A DNA stretch of 64,000 nucleotides from Gordius albopunctatus. Its lineage: Eukaryota. Within the stretch, counting starts at the first letter, position 1; every line of letters begins with the position of its first letter. A model generated the notes under the pieces. It saw only the letters and a program-made list of their open reading frames with translations. It did not search any database and was not told the DNA's origin. Location: the NCBI GenBank assembly GCA_964276515.1, contig OZ193910.1:2480001-2544000 (forward strand). The letters are read 5' to 3'. Shown one piece after another: positions 23,329-38,400 of this stretch. The translations under genes and the position numbers were made by a program.

Positions 23329-26300
23329 ATACCAACACTAAATGGGCGCTCGAGGGAAGCGCTGGGTTGTAGGGGTATATTGTATTTAATAAGACGTTTT
23401 TTTAATTTAGAAAAATTATCGTATATTTTTAAAAATCCATCATTATTGGTAGAAATTGTTGAGTCCGTTTTGTCTGCTGCCTTGCTATTAGTTTATTTTC
23501 TTTGATTTTTTTATATATCTAAATGTTAATTTCCAAAGTTAACTTCTTATAATAAGCTTTTATCTTCCATTCGCTTGCTAGTTGTCGCTAATCTAGGTGC
23601 AAATAAGTGGAAATTATTGTTACATATATAAATCAGTCCTCTGACCTCGCGGTTGGTATTTTTTAACCCAGGCTCTTTTATTTGCTAATTCTGTGAGGAG
23701 AAGGATGAAAACAGTGATCTTGAGAGGTGGGCGGGGTTGACAATAAAACGCGGTACTAATTACGCGCAGCATATCAACAATATTTATCACTTTGCCTTAA
23801 TTTAAATGAGTAAGTCATAATAATTTAGGAGAAAGAAGGTTATAACATAATTTATAGCAATTAATTGAATTAAAATAATAACACATCACCTAATAGTAAT
23901 AATTAAACAACTATCCATGCACGAATTTAAAATTGCCTATGTATCACGCACGGTCGTGTATCATTTTAAAAATAATTTTAAAAATGGGCGCAAACTTTCG
24001 AGAGAAGGTCGGCCTATATTTAATATTAAATTAAGAAGTCAAATGTGAAGAACCTTTAATATTCAATATTAACTCAACTCCAGAAATTCAAGTTAATATT
24101 TTAATTTTTTTAAACAAAAGCGAAAAATTCCCACTTTATATTAATTTCTATGCAATCTATGGGCTCACTTTTCGCTGTCGTGTCATGAGTGAGTGTCGTG
24201 TCCAACTTTTATTTTGCTTCCGCAAATAAACTAGCTTATGACCTCTGCTTGGCTTTAATTTTTCGACCTCGCCCGAGACCAAATTCCGTTATTGTTTATG
24301 GGCCCAACTGATTAGCTTTATAAATTGCTATGCAATTTATGGGCTCGCTATTCGTTGTCGTGGAATATATCGTAATCAAGTTTCATAAAACAAAAAAGTT
24401 CAACAAAACATCTGTGCTTCGGCATTAACATCGATGCGTAAATCATTGGAAGGGAGAGTGAGGGTGGAAGGAGAGGGGAGAGTGGTTTTCGTTGTGAATG
24501 TGTCGTTTCTGTTCAAAAATAAAGCTCTTCAAAAAAAGATAATAAAAAATTTAGACCCTAAAATGCACTTGATGTCTTATGAGGTGTATGTCGCATAGCA
24601 AATTTGAAAATAAAATTTAAATATTGAATTTATAAAAATGGGTTAGATATTCAAAAATAGAATTTTTAAAAATAAGATCTATAATTAGATTTATTAATAA
24701 GATATCTAAAATTAGCATAGATATTCAAAAATGGTATAAAAAATGGGATATTCAAAAATGGTGGGAAAACTTCCGTTAGAAGGTTAAATCTAAATTGCGA
24801 AAGAATCTTAAATCCATGGATTAATCTAAATTGCGGTAGAATACGTTTAAATTCTCAATTAGATATTCTGCACTATACGCAGAAATTGTCAAATATTCCT
24901 AAATTTACATTAGGTTGTATGCATACGTCGAAATTGCCAAATGTTCCTATTGATTTATTAGCATTTTTTCTGATCAGCTTTTTTTGAAGAACTTTTTTTG
25001 AATAAGAATCGAATGTGTAGAATCGTAATTAATTTGTATACAAATAGTCAACGGTGAAGCGTTAATTGAACAATACCACGAAATGATTAACGTCTTTACT
25101 TTAGTATATAAACAAAACGATACTGCCACAAACCACGCTCTCAAATCTTTTTTCAGACTTTATATTTTACCTTTAATAAATAGTACCCCCACTCAAAAAA
25201 TGCATTGTATCCACAACTATATAAAATATCCTTTTCAAGGTAGCCCTTAAATGCTATATTTAAAGTATTTTATTAACTAAAGAATATTAAGGTATTTTGA
25301 ATCGCATTTGGAAATGGGAAATGTGTATAGTTGAAAACAAGTTATAGGTTGCACAACTATGCAATGTTAGTTCAAAATTAATTCTTCTGATGCTCATATA
25401 ATTATAAGTTCTCTTATTATATAGGGTGTTAAATCACATTTCCAGGAATTTTCGAGTATTAACCTAAGTTATTTACTTATTTTATAATAATATGATCCAT
25501 TAAATTATTATCCATTTAATAACTCAAAATAGGAGCTATCTTAAAGTTATGAAAGTTACCTACTTAAATATTAAAGCTCAACGAAATAAAATGAAATTCG
25601 AAACAAAATTTGGGTTTTTAGATAGAATGAATAGAATCCTTATATTAGAAGAAGGCGATTTTGGCGTCGTAAGTCAATAAATTATCTGCACATAATATTA
25701 AACTATAGATTTGCCGGAATGCCATGGTAACTGATGTTAGATCTATTTGAAAAGTTGGATCGGTTATTTTGAATGACACATTTGCTCCATTAAATCATAC
25801 AACACAGCTTAATATATATTATGATAATATAATTTAGTTTATCAATACCTTTTCACATGGTTTTGTACAAATAAACAAGTATAGCATCGTAAATATTCAG
25901 CAATACGAAGTTTATATATCAAGTCTCAAATTAAACTTAAGACGAACCTTAAAATCCTCTAACTACAGGATATTATCGCTATCATTAATTGGTTAAATAA
26001 ATCTGCACATAAACTATAAATTCTCTCATTAATTTACTTGCTCTGAATTTGATGCACTTGATGGATTTATGTTAATGATTTTAATATTTAAATTCTCATT
26101 ATTTTTTTTCCTAAAAATGTAGATAAAATTATTTTATTTCACGTTAACCAAATTAATCTAAAATTGTTCGTGAGTTAGCACATGCAAATCATTCAATTTT
26201 TAAACAATCTTAGACTTAATTAATTAAGGGTTTTAATTATATGTTTTACTTAGGGTATAATCCAATGGGCCCAATATTATGTCAACAAAGTTCAATGGTC

Positions 26301-26635
26301 TAATATGCTAGTCATATATTTATAAGTTCAATGTATTTATATTTATACTTATTTAAATAATTTATACAAATACATTCGCCGTTAACATTGATAAACATAA
26401 AATTACAGAATTGAATTAGACATTAATAAAAAATTGTCATGTTATATCAATAAAGGGTTTTCTCTATTGCGTATATGCCTAAAAATGTGCTTGACAAGAA
26501 TATAGAGTAATTACAGATATAAAAATCCAAAAAAGTAAAAGATTATAATAATCTATAATTAATAGCAACAAAACTTATTCAAATATAAAAAAACGATATA
26601 AAGGAAGTTAACGTGTTGTATCAAGCCAAATTTTT

Positions 26636-27880
26636 TCAGGAAAATATGTCGAGATCGTCAAAAGTAAAGCACGACATAAGCTGTTTGAAATTTTTCCTGA
26701 ATTGTGGATCCACGAGAAGGTAAAGATAGAAATTCAGGCTGTGATTGCAAAGTTCAAAATTGTTAAATATGTAGGTTAGTAGGCGTGTAATACATGGAGG
26801 TTTTTCACATTCAGTCCACCAGGGGAAAAGGTGCAACACAGACATAGTTGATATGGGTAAGATAAATACGACGTATGAAAAGACAAAAGAGAACAGCAAT
26901 AGTAAAATTCGCTTATCTTTGCCCACTCTATCCGGAAAATATCTAATGCCACCACCATTTAATTCTGTACCTTGTTTAGAACTTCGAATACTACCCGAGA
27001 AAGTAACCTTTTTCTCCGTCGTTTTAGGATCAATAAAAGACACTATCTTACTTTGTGGCAACTTAATAGTTGTGCTAATATTCTCAATATTCAGATCTTT
27101 GATTTGTAGGCTCGTGGTTGAAATGGAATTATTAAAATAATACTTACGGAAAGCTTTGAAAAGCTTTATGTTGACGTAAAATATGACGAGACAAGGGAGA
27201 ATTGTTTGAACAAGTTCTAAGAACACACTATAAACATAAATCCATTTTCCATGGTATTTGACGCCAAATTGGTGTCTGTAGATCTGTTTAAAGACGTCGT
27301 AGCATGGAACTACGTTGTAATTGAAAGCTGTAGGAACGTTTAAGGCTAGTGAAAAGAGGAAACAAAACCAAGGCAAGTGTTTTATTAACCTATCACCGCA
27401 CCATTTAACGTATGTGCTTATTTTGTAAAGGTAAAAGTATCGTTCTAAGCAAACTAGCACTAAAATGAGCGTAGAAGTCTTCATTAAGGAATTCAAGAGC
27501 GTGAGATGAATCTTGATCCTAAACCATTCGTGTCCGTAGGCCGTAGCCAGTGTCCAATTTAATTGGCTCCCACGATTTGTTATTGGGTAGCAGATGTACA
27601 GGATACAAACTAAAAGATCAACGAAAGAAGCGCATTTCATGTAAGCCATACTTAAACTTTTAGACATGTCCCAAAAGATCAGGTAGTTGCAGATATTACC
27701 AAATATGCCCAGCGTTATGAGAATTGGCGATATTTTGCCGTATATGATTAGTTCGTAATTCGCAGTCAAGTGCGTCAAATTATTGCAATAACTAACTGAA
27801 TGTAAATACTGTACGTAAGTGACGTTCATATTGTAGAGCTTTTTATGTTGCAACAAAAATTGTGTTTCACTAAATATCAA
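26636..27880 (-). CDS. Intronless 7TM GPCR, paralogue of 3038-4273
   Basis: Same GIFGN, CLERY and NHSLNFYLY motifs; colinear and highly similar to the + strand copy. The ORF track start is TTG, so the likely ATG is 27829 (MNVT). Confidence 0.88.
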   Translation of the reverse strand: MIFSETQFLLQHKKLYNMNVTYVQYLHSVSYCNNLTHLTANYELIIYGKISPILITLGIFGNICNYLIFWDMSKSLSMAYMKCASFVDLLVCILYICYPITNRGSQLNWTLATAYGHEWFRIKIHLTLLNSLMKTSTLILVLVCLERYFYLYKISTYVKWCGDRLIKHLPWFCFLFSLALNVPTAFNYNVVPCYDVFKQIYRHQFGVKYHGKWIYVYSVFLELVQTILPCLVIFYVNIKLFKAFRKYYFNNSISTTSLQIKDLNIENISTTIKLPQSKIVSFIDPKTTEKKVTFSGSIRSSKQGTELNGGGIRYFPDRVGKDKRILLLLFSFVFSYVVFILPISTMSVLHLFPWWTECEKPPCITRLLTYIFNNFELCNHSLNFYLYLLVDPQFRKNFKQLMSCFTFDDLDIFS

Positions 27881-28998
27881 GTTTATACGTAGGTTAAATT
27901 TAGATAAAGAGATAAATTATTATTAGGCTAATGAATTAAAAATTAAGGTGATGGCACATAGATCATTCCCCTAGTAGTAAAGAACGGGTGATTTATTATT
28001 AAATCATCCATGAATATTCATTAAATTATAATTGAAAACACCCAATTTACTGTCCGCACGCATGCATATAATTAAATTATAATAATGTTGCTGATATAAA
28101 TATATTATAAATTTAATTATAATATAGGATTATTAGCCAAAACAGAACCGGTTTTGGCATGCCTTTAATTCGAATCTTTAATCTAACCTTACGTATTTAA
28201 CAATTTGATCAATTATATATTAAGCATTGCAATTTTAATTAATTTTATAAATGATGTAAACATATATGCTTAATCATTTTTATAAATATGTTGAGGTCTA
28301 TTAGATTTTTAATGTTCAAATGATTAATTCCATGTAGAAAAAGATATTTAATTATAAGCGGGTTATAGAGTAAGTTAATTAGAGTTAAAGATGAACATAA
28401 TTTTGATGTATTAACTAATCTTAATTTAATATGATTTTTATTTGCACCCTGGAAATGCAATTTATCGGAAGTTAGTAAATATAATAACTAGACTAATGCT
28501 AACATACATTTATAATTTATCAGGTATTCGTGTATAAGCATTTTTAAATTTGTGTATTACAAAAATAATATAAAATTTACTACTAAATTAATACAAAATT
28601 GCTTCATTAACGAAATAATATATTGAAGTAATAAATAACTCTGTGAATATCTAAAACGTGAATTCATCATTACTCCATTAACCGAATGGCACGATTCATT
28701 AGTCACAAATTAATAGTTATGATGAGGCATGATAGTGTAAAAGATTTCGCAAGATAATGATTATATTTGTTTAAACCTAAGGTTAAGACTACTATACTAA
28801 CCTTTTTAAGCCAATTTAATAATAATAGCAACTAACTATAGTAAATCGATTATTTAACTAAATTGAAAAAATAAGAAAAGCGACGTCATTTTGGTTTATT
28901 ATGAATTCTGAAAATTATAATCTTTTATAACTAACTGAAAAGTAAAATATTTTAAGGTTTAAATCATAAATAAATTTGCAAGAGCTTGAAATGGCACT

Positions 28999-31900
28999 TT
29001 AAAATTTAGTCGGTATTTTTCCAATATCTATAAGCAGGTGAGTGTAGAATTTGAGAAGCCTCGTCTTTACAATAGTATAACTGATAGTGTTTAGACCATC
29101 CAAATCCATCTTGATTTCAGTCATTTGCAGCAGAACCCTCCTATATATAATATTTATTTATTGATGACATATTAAACTAAATAGCAACCTTTTGTAAGAT
29201 TTTATTGGTCGACGTTTCACGTGTTTTAGCATTTGGTAAACGGCGATTGACGGTGGTGGCCTCACGATTTGTAATCCCATAACATTTAATCTCAATAGCG
29301 TTTTAAAAATGTCATTTTAAAAATGGTAGCTATATACAATTCGATATATAAAATTATATATCTTTATTCTCAAATTGTTTTTAGTTTATCTCCTATTATG
29401 ACAATATTAATAATAATTAACTTTTTAATGTAAATGAAGCGATGCAATGAAATTAAAAAAAATCCAACTTGCGCCAATAAAAAATCGCAAATTGATAACA
29501 CATCAATCGATTTTAACGGTATAGACGACTTAGCTGGAAAGTCGGTATGCCCACCTTTTTAAAGTTTAATTTAAAATCTCTTTATGAGTTAATTTATGTA
29601 GAAAATTTAATCCTAAAAAATCATCACATAACTTAATAAGAAATATATAACATGAATTTTATTAGGATTTTGATATTTTTTTGATAATTTTGGGCGACAA
29701 TAGCTATTGCCATAAAAAAATAAATTTTTTCAGCTATCGCCCTTTTCAACACATGCCATAGATTTTCCATTCAAAAAAATTAGGCAATACAATTAATTAT
29801 TGTCGCCTTAAAAAATACAAAGATTTCTACAATGCAATCGAGGGCAGGTATGCAATTGTATTTTTTATAATACCCATGCCATGTACAATGTGAAATTTTA
29901 ACAATATTGTGATGATAAATGATGCAAAAGTTAAAAACGTTATATAGAGAGAGATCAATTTATTATACTGGGAACCGTTCCTTTCATATTGGTTTTTTAA
30001 TTGAGAGAACAGTTGCTTTAAGCCTCTTTAAGCACGGCTAAATACAGAAAGGTCACCCACGAAATATTGGTAACCATTATCTAACGTTAAATTAAATACT
30101 TAAATCGTTAATTAGTTTCGATTTGAATTTGTCGGCTACTTTGGCGCTTTTATGGTTCTAGTGTGAGTGATATAATTTGAGGAATGTTAAAAAATATTTT
30201 GTTTTTTCTTTTTTAGTTAAATCTTGAAATTTTTGTCAAAATAACTCGTCATTTTAAAAACGGCTCTTCATTTCATATTTAAACAAATTTGATATTTCAT
30301 TATTCATTAATAGTTATTTGTAATAAGAACTATCCTTTGGCTAATAATAAATTTAGAAATTTCTCTAGGAGCAAAATATAAATGTGCTGTAAAAAACCAA
30401 GGAAAAACATTTTTGAGACTGATGTACAGGTGCGCAGCCAGGGGGTGGCAGAGAGGAGCGCCCCTCTAAATTCAAAAATTCTTCAAAATTTAATATAGTT
30501 ATGACTACAATTACTAAAAATTATTATTCTGCCCCTCCCTAAATCATTATCGCCCCCCCCCTCTGAATCCACTCTCTGGCTACGCCCGTGGTGCTATATT
30601 TCACTTCTGTGCAAAATGTAATATAGGCAAGGGTTAGATTTAGTGATTTATTTGATAATATGTATTTATTTATAAAATAGTATTATACATTTTGATATTT
30701 AACTTATTTTGTTTCAATTAACAATTATAGTATCCTTTTATTACGTACTTTTTTAGTACATCATATTACATGCGTATGAATATGTGTGAAAACCGGTCTC
30801 AATTTCTAAAATACGAATATTACATTATTAGATTTTGCACATATTAGATTTTGCACCAGATTCCTATATTTAAGCCATTAAAAGGCTATGATATTTTTTT
30901 AGTAAAATCGACCGAATCACCTTGATCATAACCGTAGCAAGCTTTGGAATTAGAGGGGGGGGGCAGTAATGATTTAGGGAGGGCAAAATGAATATTTTTT
31001 GAAAGTTTAGCCATAATTTTGATAAATTTCAAAAAATTGGATTTAGAGGGGGGGGGCAGACGCCCCTCCCTGCCCCCTTGGATACGCCTACGACCTTGTT
31101 CATATATTCTCATGGCTGAGAATCAATTTAAAATAGATGACTCTTACGCTTTTAGCGGCAAATTTTATATCTTTTTTGATGTACAAAGGCGGGAAAAGAA
31201 AAGACGGACTCGCTCTTATTTCTAAGATCAGAGGATTGCTTATATAGGAATTCATTACTATCAACCATCGCCCTACTCCTCCTCCTAACCCATTGACAAT
31301 GCAAAAAAAACAACAAAAAATTTAATCTTTCTTTCGGACACGCTCTTCATAATATTGATGCTGGCTACAAACTAGTCTTTGAAGCTCTCGCCGTCATCAT
31401 AGAGATTTAAAAAGTGATACCAATGTTTTCATGGACCTCAGGAAATCACTTTTAATTAGGCAAAAGATAAAATTAAAAATCTTTAAATCCAACACGATTT
31501 CTATTCGCGAGTCAATGCCATCCTTTTAGTTTAAATGTGTTTTGACTATATGAGGCGTCAATATATTATGATTTGTGAGCAATGTATAGATGATTCAATA
31601 ATTAAAATATTATATATATAGTAGTGTAATTAATAAAAATTAGAACTTTCGGACCTAGTCACGGGCTCCGCCCCTGGACACCAAACTAAATTATTTTGCG
31701 TTACCCATTTAGCCTTATTTTTTCTTCTTTGTCTCTACTGCCAATTATTTATGTTTTTGTAAACACAACTGTTGCAATGACTCCTTCCTGGCTTGAGATT
31801 TAAGCGATTGGAAAACAAATTTTACTTGAAATGAATGACTATTTTATTTTATTTCCCTTAAGCATTTTGCAAATAAATATTTTCACTATTAAGAAAGCAA

Positions 31901-33654
31901 TGTAAATTTAAACCAAGGGTTTATATAATTATAAATTACCTTATAGCGAGATCATCATCCTCTCCACCCCAACCCCAAAAGAGGTTTGAAAATCCGTTTA
32001 CCGAAATGAAATGTTGCGGTTTTATGACCAAAACTCCACCAATCAGATTATCGTAGGGCAATCTGCAAGCCAATAAACTTTGATCAAATTTATTGTAGAA
32101 AATTCAATTTATAAAATAACACTTAAAAAACGAATGTCAGATGCGTTTAATAGTTTAATTATTGAAATTGAAAGCATAGACCCTCTATAAAAGGTTCTAA
32201 TTTGACGTTAAAATACGTAAATTCATGGGCGTGGGGGTAATGATGATTTAGGGAGGGGCAAAATGATCTTTTTTTAAAACAATTTTGCCCAAAATTTTAG
32301 CCATAATTTCAACAAATTTTTGGATTTAGAGGGCACCTTGACTACGCACATGTGTAAATTTATAAAAAGTCCTCATTCAGTGTATTTTACCTATAATTTA
32401 GGGTATCGACTCTGACAGTTAAATGCCGAGGTTTATCGGGGCAAGTATACAATATTCTATCATCCAGCGGTACTAAATCCACGTCGTGGAATATAAAGCA
32501 ATGAAATTTGATCTCAGCTTTCAGATAAACATCTAAGAAAGCCGCGTTCATTAAGGCTGCTTTATTGAAAGTACCATTACCATTCTAAAATAGTAGGGAG
32601 AATCACGAATTTTTAAGGTTTTTTTTTATTTATGGTGCAAAATTACAAAAAATAGTTTGAACTTAATACTTGTTCGACCACAAAAATTTGATAATGAATC
32701 TGCTGTTTTTGCAGGTGATCATGCAAATACCCTATTATGGCAGACAATTGTTTGGCCCGATTTCTGTAAGGGATTATAATAGCTACTTTATGTCTTGAAA
32801 TGCAGGCCAAAGGCTTTCCTCCGCCTAAAAATTGCTGATTTTCACTATTTTGGCCGCTATTTATTTCCTTGCTTTCAAACAAGTTTGCCAAACCCTTCAA
32901 CAAACGAATTAGATAATTTGATGAAGACATTAAAGGCCCAGATTTTTGACCAACTATTAATAATAAAAATATTTCAATCGTTTATATGATTAAACTATTT
33001 ATTTTGTTAATATTAAATGGATAAAAGATTACTTATGAGAGGAGATACAGGTGGGCATAGTTCTAATTTTGAAAATTTAGGTGTCGCTAATTTTGCAATA
33101 TTCTTAGATCTTTGATGTTCAACACTTTTTTTAACGATAAATTCCTGATGCTCAGCCATTTCTCTGCTAATTTTTTGCTTTAAAGCATCATTTTTTGCTT
33201 GGGAAAGGATTTTAAGGCATTCAGATTTACTGAGTTGCCCTTGTAATAAATGTGTATTATGCTGGATTGGATCAACCACATTAATTTGGGTAGGAATTAA
33301 GTTAGCTAATCTACTGTAAAAATCATTTTCCTCTATTGTCGTTTCCATAACACGTCCGACATAATAGTCAACATTTCGGCTTTTAAGAGAGCGCCTTTCA
33401 TTTTTCCTCGGCTTTAAAATCTGTTCTGATTTTAGGGATTTTCTAATTTCTTCCATATATTTATCGACGGGTACTGTAAGCCGTTTTTTTGACTGGGTCT
33501 TACTTTTGGAATTGGAAAAGATTAATTTTAATTCGTAATAAATGAGGAGGAAAATTAGAATTTCTAGCCCTAAAACTAGTCCCTTTTTAATGTTGCCTCG
33601 GTAAAATAATCGCATTTCTATTAAAATTTCATTATTTCTCAAGTTTTCTATCAT
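28999..33654 (-). CDS. Glycosyltransferase family 7 (beta-1,4-galactosyl/GalNAc-transferase, bre-4/B4GALT-like); exons 33654-33033, 32953-32670, 32584-32391, 32062-31940, 29290-29189, 29140-28999
   Basis: Type II N-terminal TM and long stem, then CPPVSP, VAIIIPYRNR, QIFVVEQ, FNKAALMN, FHDVDL (DxD), PRHL, NGFSNLFWGWGGEDDD, DGLN. GT-AG junctions keep the frame; one acceptor is GAG. Confidence 0.9.
30427..30590. mobile_element. MITE, CATGGGCGTAGCC-TIR family (intronic)
   Basis: CAGGTGCGCAGCCAG...CTGGCTACGCCCGTG ends with the family core. A second copy in opposite orientation lies at about 30927-31092. Confidence 0.7.
32224..32352. mobile_element. MITE, CATGGGCGTAGCC-TIR family, internally deleted
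   Basis: CATGGGCGT...ACGCACATG flanked by CGTAAATT/TGTAAATT (8-bp TSD, 1 mismatch). Confidence 0.7.
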
Positions 33655-35465
33655 TTAAAATTAGGAGCAACTCTATTTATTTAGTAACTCAATACTTTAA
33701 AAAGTACTTTGGTTTTGAAATTCATTCCATGTTACTCTATTTTATATTTATTTCTACGATATTTTTATGCAAAAAATGTCATTTAATTTTGCACACTTTG
33801 TGATAATTTTAAAAATTCTTCACAGTTGCTAGGTTTCTCTTATTTAAGAAAGTCATTTTATCTTTTAAAATTTAGGTATTTAGAATAAAAAATTTTGCGT
33901 GTCAATAGTATACAGACAGACCAGAGTAATTTCATATTCATGGAGAAGTTTTAATTTAATACAGAAAACAAGAACTTAAGTTAGCTAGAGGCGCGAGGCC
34001 ATGAATTTTCCATTTAAGCTCATTATAAGTCAAATCCTTAAAAATTGGCATCCTTCTTAAGTAATGTAAACAATTCCAAGGCTAAATTTCTCTCATGTCA
34101 TTTCGAAAGTGTCTTAAAGCATATATGACAATTAATTTTTCATTTATTTTTTGTCTCAATTGTGTTCAAATTTTTTAAGACTTTGGAGTATTAACATGGG
34201 TCGGTGTTGTATTTTTAATTCATGCAACGCATTGAATGTTAAAATATAATGAGAACAACTTTAATTTTTAACATTTTTACTTTGATTTTAACGTCGTAAA
34301 ATGTGGGAATGTATAATTGCCACAATTTTATATGAATTTCTATCTTAAATTTAGATTGAGAAATAAAATTTTTAATTTTTTTATCTTATCAAAGTTTTAA
34401 AAAAGTAAATGCAAGTATTCATAGCAATTAATATATATATTTAGAGTATTCAAATGAGTGCTACGTTTTTATAAGCTTTGTGTTAGGTTGTTTACTCAAC
34501 TGTGCGCTAGCTTGCCAAAACACTCCTTCCAACCATATTAAAACAAATTGATTTAATTTACTAAAATAGTGAACGATAAATATATTTTTTTCGCGGCTAC
34601 AGAAATTGTTTAGTTAATATGTAGCAACCTGATTCAGTAAGATGCAATAATCACATACGCTGTGACCTAGTGAAGAGTATGCAAGTGAAAAAAATTAACT
34701 GATCAGGTTTACGTGTTATAACTAGGCCAAAACAATGTGTCCCTTTATGTCTTCTCCCCTCTGCGCACCATTCACAAAATTAGTTATATGAATGAATGCT
34801 TAACATGTGATCAAATCTAGTTCATGTCGACACTTACCGAACAGCAATGTTCTAATCGCTATTAAATATAATCTCAGCAATTTATCATCTAAGTACGGTT
34901 TTAATTGAGAAATTACCGCTTATATATACATCATCCGTATTACAGGAGCATCCCATATCACAATAGGTAATTATTGTTTTATTTTCCATTTATGTGTAAT
35001 TTTAATTTATAATCCTCCTTAATTTTTATTAAAATACATAACTCCCAATAATCTATATTGGACTTCTGACTTCTCATCGAAATTAGATCCTCACTAAAGT
35101 CCTAATTCACTAATAAATTGAATTAAAAGCTAACGAGTGTGAATTTTCGGGTAAACTCTTTATAAGATAAAAAAATACCCCAAAATATCCGTGAAAAAAT
35201 ATTAGCAAGAAAGAACACAAATTATAATCTTTAGGCGAATTAATTTTAAAAAAAAAAGATGAATCTTTAGGAGCAAGGGTTTTGGTTTTAGTCGATCAAA
35301 CATAAACAAACCAAAGGTCTGACTAAAAAATCTATGGTCTGCTGTTTATGTTTAGTCGACTAAAACCTTAGTAAGGCAGTTAATTGCATTAACTAAATGT
35401 TTAATTTTTTTCTCCAAACTTCGCATGCATATAAATTACTTTTTTTACATGCAAAAGTTTAGAGA

Positions 35466-38400
35466 ATGTCGGATAACCCAGGGAGCTCGTGGGTTAGCGA
35501 GGGAGAACCTGAAGTTTCGTTCAGTAAGATGAGCATATACAAAAACGTGGTAGTTCTCAGCACCGCTTTTTTTCTCCTTTTTGCCGCGTTTCAAGCCGTT
35601 TCTAGCCTACAGACCAGCATCAACAGCCAAGAAGGTTTGGGATCGATTTCTCTCAGCGTCATATACGCCTGTCTCATAGTGTCTTGCCTGCTCCTGCCCG
35701 AATTAGTCATAGGTAAAGCCATGTGGATTTTATTCGGGCCGAGCCCAACATTTCAATTTGCCCAATCCGAGTCTGAAATGTTTTTTTAGCCCGACCCAGC
35801 CCGGCCCTATTTTCTTAAATTGAAATTTTATGCAACTTTAAAATTGGAAATTATTAAAACCTTATAAATATAGTATGAATTTAATTGTTATTGATTTGTA
35901 ATTTCAAACAACAAAACGCTGAAAATAAATTTTATTTCAAATTTAACACTCTAACACTGTAAAATTAAATTTTATAAGCGGCAAGAATAAATAATCTTTA
36001 TGAGCTATTACATTATGCCTATGAGTGTACATCATTTAAAAATATTAAAAAGCTTTTCTTAACTTTATTGAAACGTAATCAATTTTTTTGACATAATCGA
36101 ATATCTATTTACCTCTCAGGCTTTTTAACGATCAAATGGACCCTGGTCCTTTGCATTTGCTGTTACGGAGCATACATTTTCGCGAATGTGGCACCCTCTT
36201 GGTACACTCTCATGCCCACCTCCATCATGGTCGGATTAGCCGCCGGCCCCCTATGGACCTCGGAAAGTACTTATATAACGGAAATGGGTACTCGGTTAGA
36301 TTCATTTCAACCCGAGGCTGCTGCGAAATCGGGCGTTTCTTTACTGTTTGGAATATTCTACTGCTTTTTTCAAAGCGGGGCCATACTCGGTAATCTGATT
36401 TCCTCCATGACTTTGCAAACGGGACAATCCCGAGCATTTTCCATCGATTTTGAACCGGTATGGGTTTACGAATTGCGAGCCCCTTCGTGCGGAGGCAATT
36501 ATTGCCCTTCTAAGTTGATGATGGCTAATTCTACACTTAATAATGACACGTCCAGAGAAGGGCTGACACCTTCAGCCTCTAAAATATACCTTCTATGCTC
36601 CGTGTATACCGGAATGTCCGTAGCCGCAGCTCTAATTATAGCCCTCTTTTTGAAAAATTATTCCCCACCACGAAGCAATGGTTCGGCCAACGAAGGTTTG
36701 CAGTCGTCAGAAGTACAAAAGCTTCATGGTATAAGATTAATTACAAAATATAATCTTTAATTAAAAAATGCGCTAGGATTTGTGAAACATCTTTAAAATG
36801 TCGGAATCATTTATGATAAACTTATTTATAAATTGAAGACAATGTGATTAATGGAACCAATTAGCCCTTTTAAACTCTTATTTGCTGGAATTTAAATTAG
36901 TTTTACATTCTCCGGGCCATAATGTAATTATAGAAAAGGTATATACTAAAATAGGTAGGGCTAGAGATTTCCATGGGTCGAGCCTAAAAAAGGTGCGGCT
37001 TCCCCCTCTAGATCCAAACATTTGTTAAAATGTATTAAAATTATGGCTAAAATTTCAAAAAATGATTATTTTGCCCCTCCCTAAATCATGATTGCTACCC
37101 CTCTAATTCCAGTTTAGGTAAGATTATTTAAATTTAATGATGCTGAATATAATCATAGTCTAAACTCTAAAGAAAGTCAATAAATCACCTAAACTCAGGT
37201 CTAAGGCAAATATTCAAAATTTGGACAAATACTCTGATATATTTTTGTTAAGTTATTGAAAAATTCATATTTTTACACTACACCTATTAACTTTAATGAT
37301 TTTTTGAAATATGTTATGGGTCACCATTAAAACCAACGAGAAAATTATCTTGTCAAAATCTTTTAAGTTCATCCTGCCTTATTCCTACTGCTTGAGCTTG
37401 TTTTATATTATAGAACATGTTCAAAAATTAACGATTCATTACCACCTCTTTTAGCATCGGAAATACTCGAATCAATAAAATTAGATAACCTCTCTCTCCC
37501 CCCTCTATAAAATCAATAGTTTTTTCCACGCACGGGGTAATATATCCTTGCCTACGTGCTGGTTCGATACCCGGAGAGGACAAATTTTTTAATTAATATT
37601 TTGTTCTTGTTAATACCATTGATAATATGACTTTTTGACCGTTTCCTGGCTACTGACCAGAGGTCAGATTTGTTGGAAATTTTCTGCCCGAACCCGGCCC
37701 GACTAAATTTTTTAACTTCATTGCCCGCCCGAACCCATCTAAGTGTCCGCCGGGGCCGACCCGAATTGTTAAAGCTGCCCGAATTGCCCGGCCCGAAATA
37801 TTAAATTTTTCCGTTAGTCCCGAATTTATGAGGTCCCAAAAAGAGGTCGGAGTAGTTAAAATTTTTCTGACCGAACCCGGCCCGGTTCAAATTTTTAACT
37901 AAATTGACCGCCTGAACCCTTCTAAGTGTCGGCTCAGCCATGCCCAAACCATTAGAGCTGCCCGGCCTGATTAATAAAATTTCCCCGGTAGACCCGAAAT
38001 TATCCAATCCCAAAATCTTTTAACCACTATTACAAAATAAGCATTAAATTAATGGCATATTGATCCAAACAAAAATGACAATATTTTATTATTCATAATT
38101 ATTATGTAAAAATAACAAATCGTCTGCAATTTCCGGGGATAATCTTGTGCGTCTTTCCTCTATTAATCTTCCTGCGATAGAAAAACTTCTTTCACTAGCA
38201 GCACTCGTTGCCGGGATGGCAAAGAGTATTTTTGTTTACCTTGCTAATTTTGGATACCTAAAATAGTTATAATTTTTAATAACTTTAATGTGACTTGTTT
38301 GCTTTATTTTTCCACCGTGTTTTTTTAGTTAGAAATTAAATGAATTACAATTATGCGCATTGTTAGAAAATGGTATGAGCCTTTGTTTTAAGTCTAGATG

